From positions 11,658,001 through 11,722,000 of the forward strand of contig CM075990.1 in the NCBI GenBank assembly GCA_038087875.1: a DNA stretch of 64,000 nucleotides, written 5' to 3'. The notes beneath the pieces were generated by a model. It did not search any database. It had not been told where the DNA came from and saw nothing but the letters and a program-made list of their open reading frames with translations. This DNA is from Malacoraja senta. Its lineage: Eukaryota. The position numbers and the translations under genes are program-made. Shown here piece by piece: positions 63,100 through 64,000 of the stretch (positions are counted from its first letter, which is position 1; every line of letters begins with the position of its first letter).

Positions 63100-63750
63100 G
63101 AGCATCTAGAATTGAGAGTAATATACTGGTGTGAAGGGACATTTGACTAAGGTATCAATAAATGGGTGATATTCATGTTGGCCGGTTGTGATTGTTGGGG
63201 TACCATGGTGAGCTGTGGTGTGAGTGGTTCACCATTACTATCAATGAGGGCACCAAGTGTCATATATCTAAATTTGATGATACCAAGCTGGATGGCAACA
63301 TAGGTCCTGAAGATGCATAGAGGCCATGAAGAGATATACTACATACAACCAAATTGAAAAAGCACATTATAGATGAATAGTAATATAGAAAAAATAGAAA
63401 GCAAAATATTTTAAATAGGAAAAATCAAAAGTTGTTACTTTTCAGAGAACCTTTTTGTGCATATCAACATTTCCACGCAGGTTTGAAAGTAATTAGGAAG
63501 GCAAATGGTATTGGCCTCTACTGCAAGAGGATTTAATGCAAGCATCCGAATACCTTGATGGAAATGTATAGGGGCCCTGATGATTCCTCATCTGGAATAT
63601 TGTCCTCTAAATAAGAGATTGCCTCGAGTACGGCCGCCACACAAAAGAAATGAAATATTTATGATATAGGAATGCAATGAAGGTTGTTGGGGTTAATGCC
63701 TGTGATGGGGTTGGGGAATATGGCCGACGAGGAGAAATTCAGCAGATGAG
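63100..63750 (+). mobile_element. Old, highly degenerate CR1 RT fragment
   Basis: atatctaaatttgatgataccaagctggatggc resembles SKF(A)DDTKLGG; cctcatctggaatattgt encodes PHLEYC. Confidence 0.6.
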
Positions 63751-64000
63751 AGTTTTTATAGCAGTGGAGGCACAAGGATCTGCAGATGCTAGTTAATAAA
63801 CCAAGTCACTAAGTGCTGGAGTAACTCAGTGTGTCAGGCAACATATCTGGGGACATAGATCATCAAGGACCCATACCATCCTGGCCACGCACTCATCTCC
63901 CCGCTGCCCTCAGTTAGAAGGTACAGGAGCCTGAAACCTGCAACATCCAGGTTCAGGAATAGCTACTTCCCCACAGCCATCAGACTATTAAACTCAACTC

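Overview
Eukaryotic, repeat-dense, apparently non-coding DNA. The repeat content (V-SINE/HE1-like tRNA SINEs with CR1 tails, CR1, Rex1/Babar, L1, RTE and Penelope-like fragments) points to a cartilaginous fish, probably a skate or ray; this is an inference. No host protein-coding exon could be supported: all recognisable ORFs are retroelement remnants or microsatellite read-throughs. Unique stretches rich in TAAT/SOX-type motifs and one candidate recursive splice site suggest a long intron or regulatory desert. There are two 200-N gaps. The most striking observation is a ~188-nt insertion at 44043-44230 (minus strand) flanked by a target-site duplication. Its 5' end coincides with G1 of a near-complete HDV/CPEB3-like ribozyme fold and it ends in a GAA tail, making it a candidate ribozyme-headed non-autonomous retroelement. 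A second system is a high-copy Penelope-derived repeat (more than 20 copies) carrying a minimal hammerhead core, often in inverted pairs. Also present are three PIF/Harbinger-type MITE families sharing one TIR, several hAT MITEs, a long fold-back hairpin and perfect minisatellites. Repeat boundaries are by eye and approximate unless a TSD is quoted.
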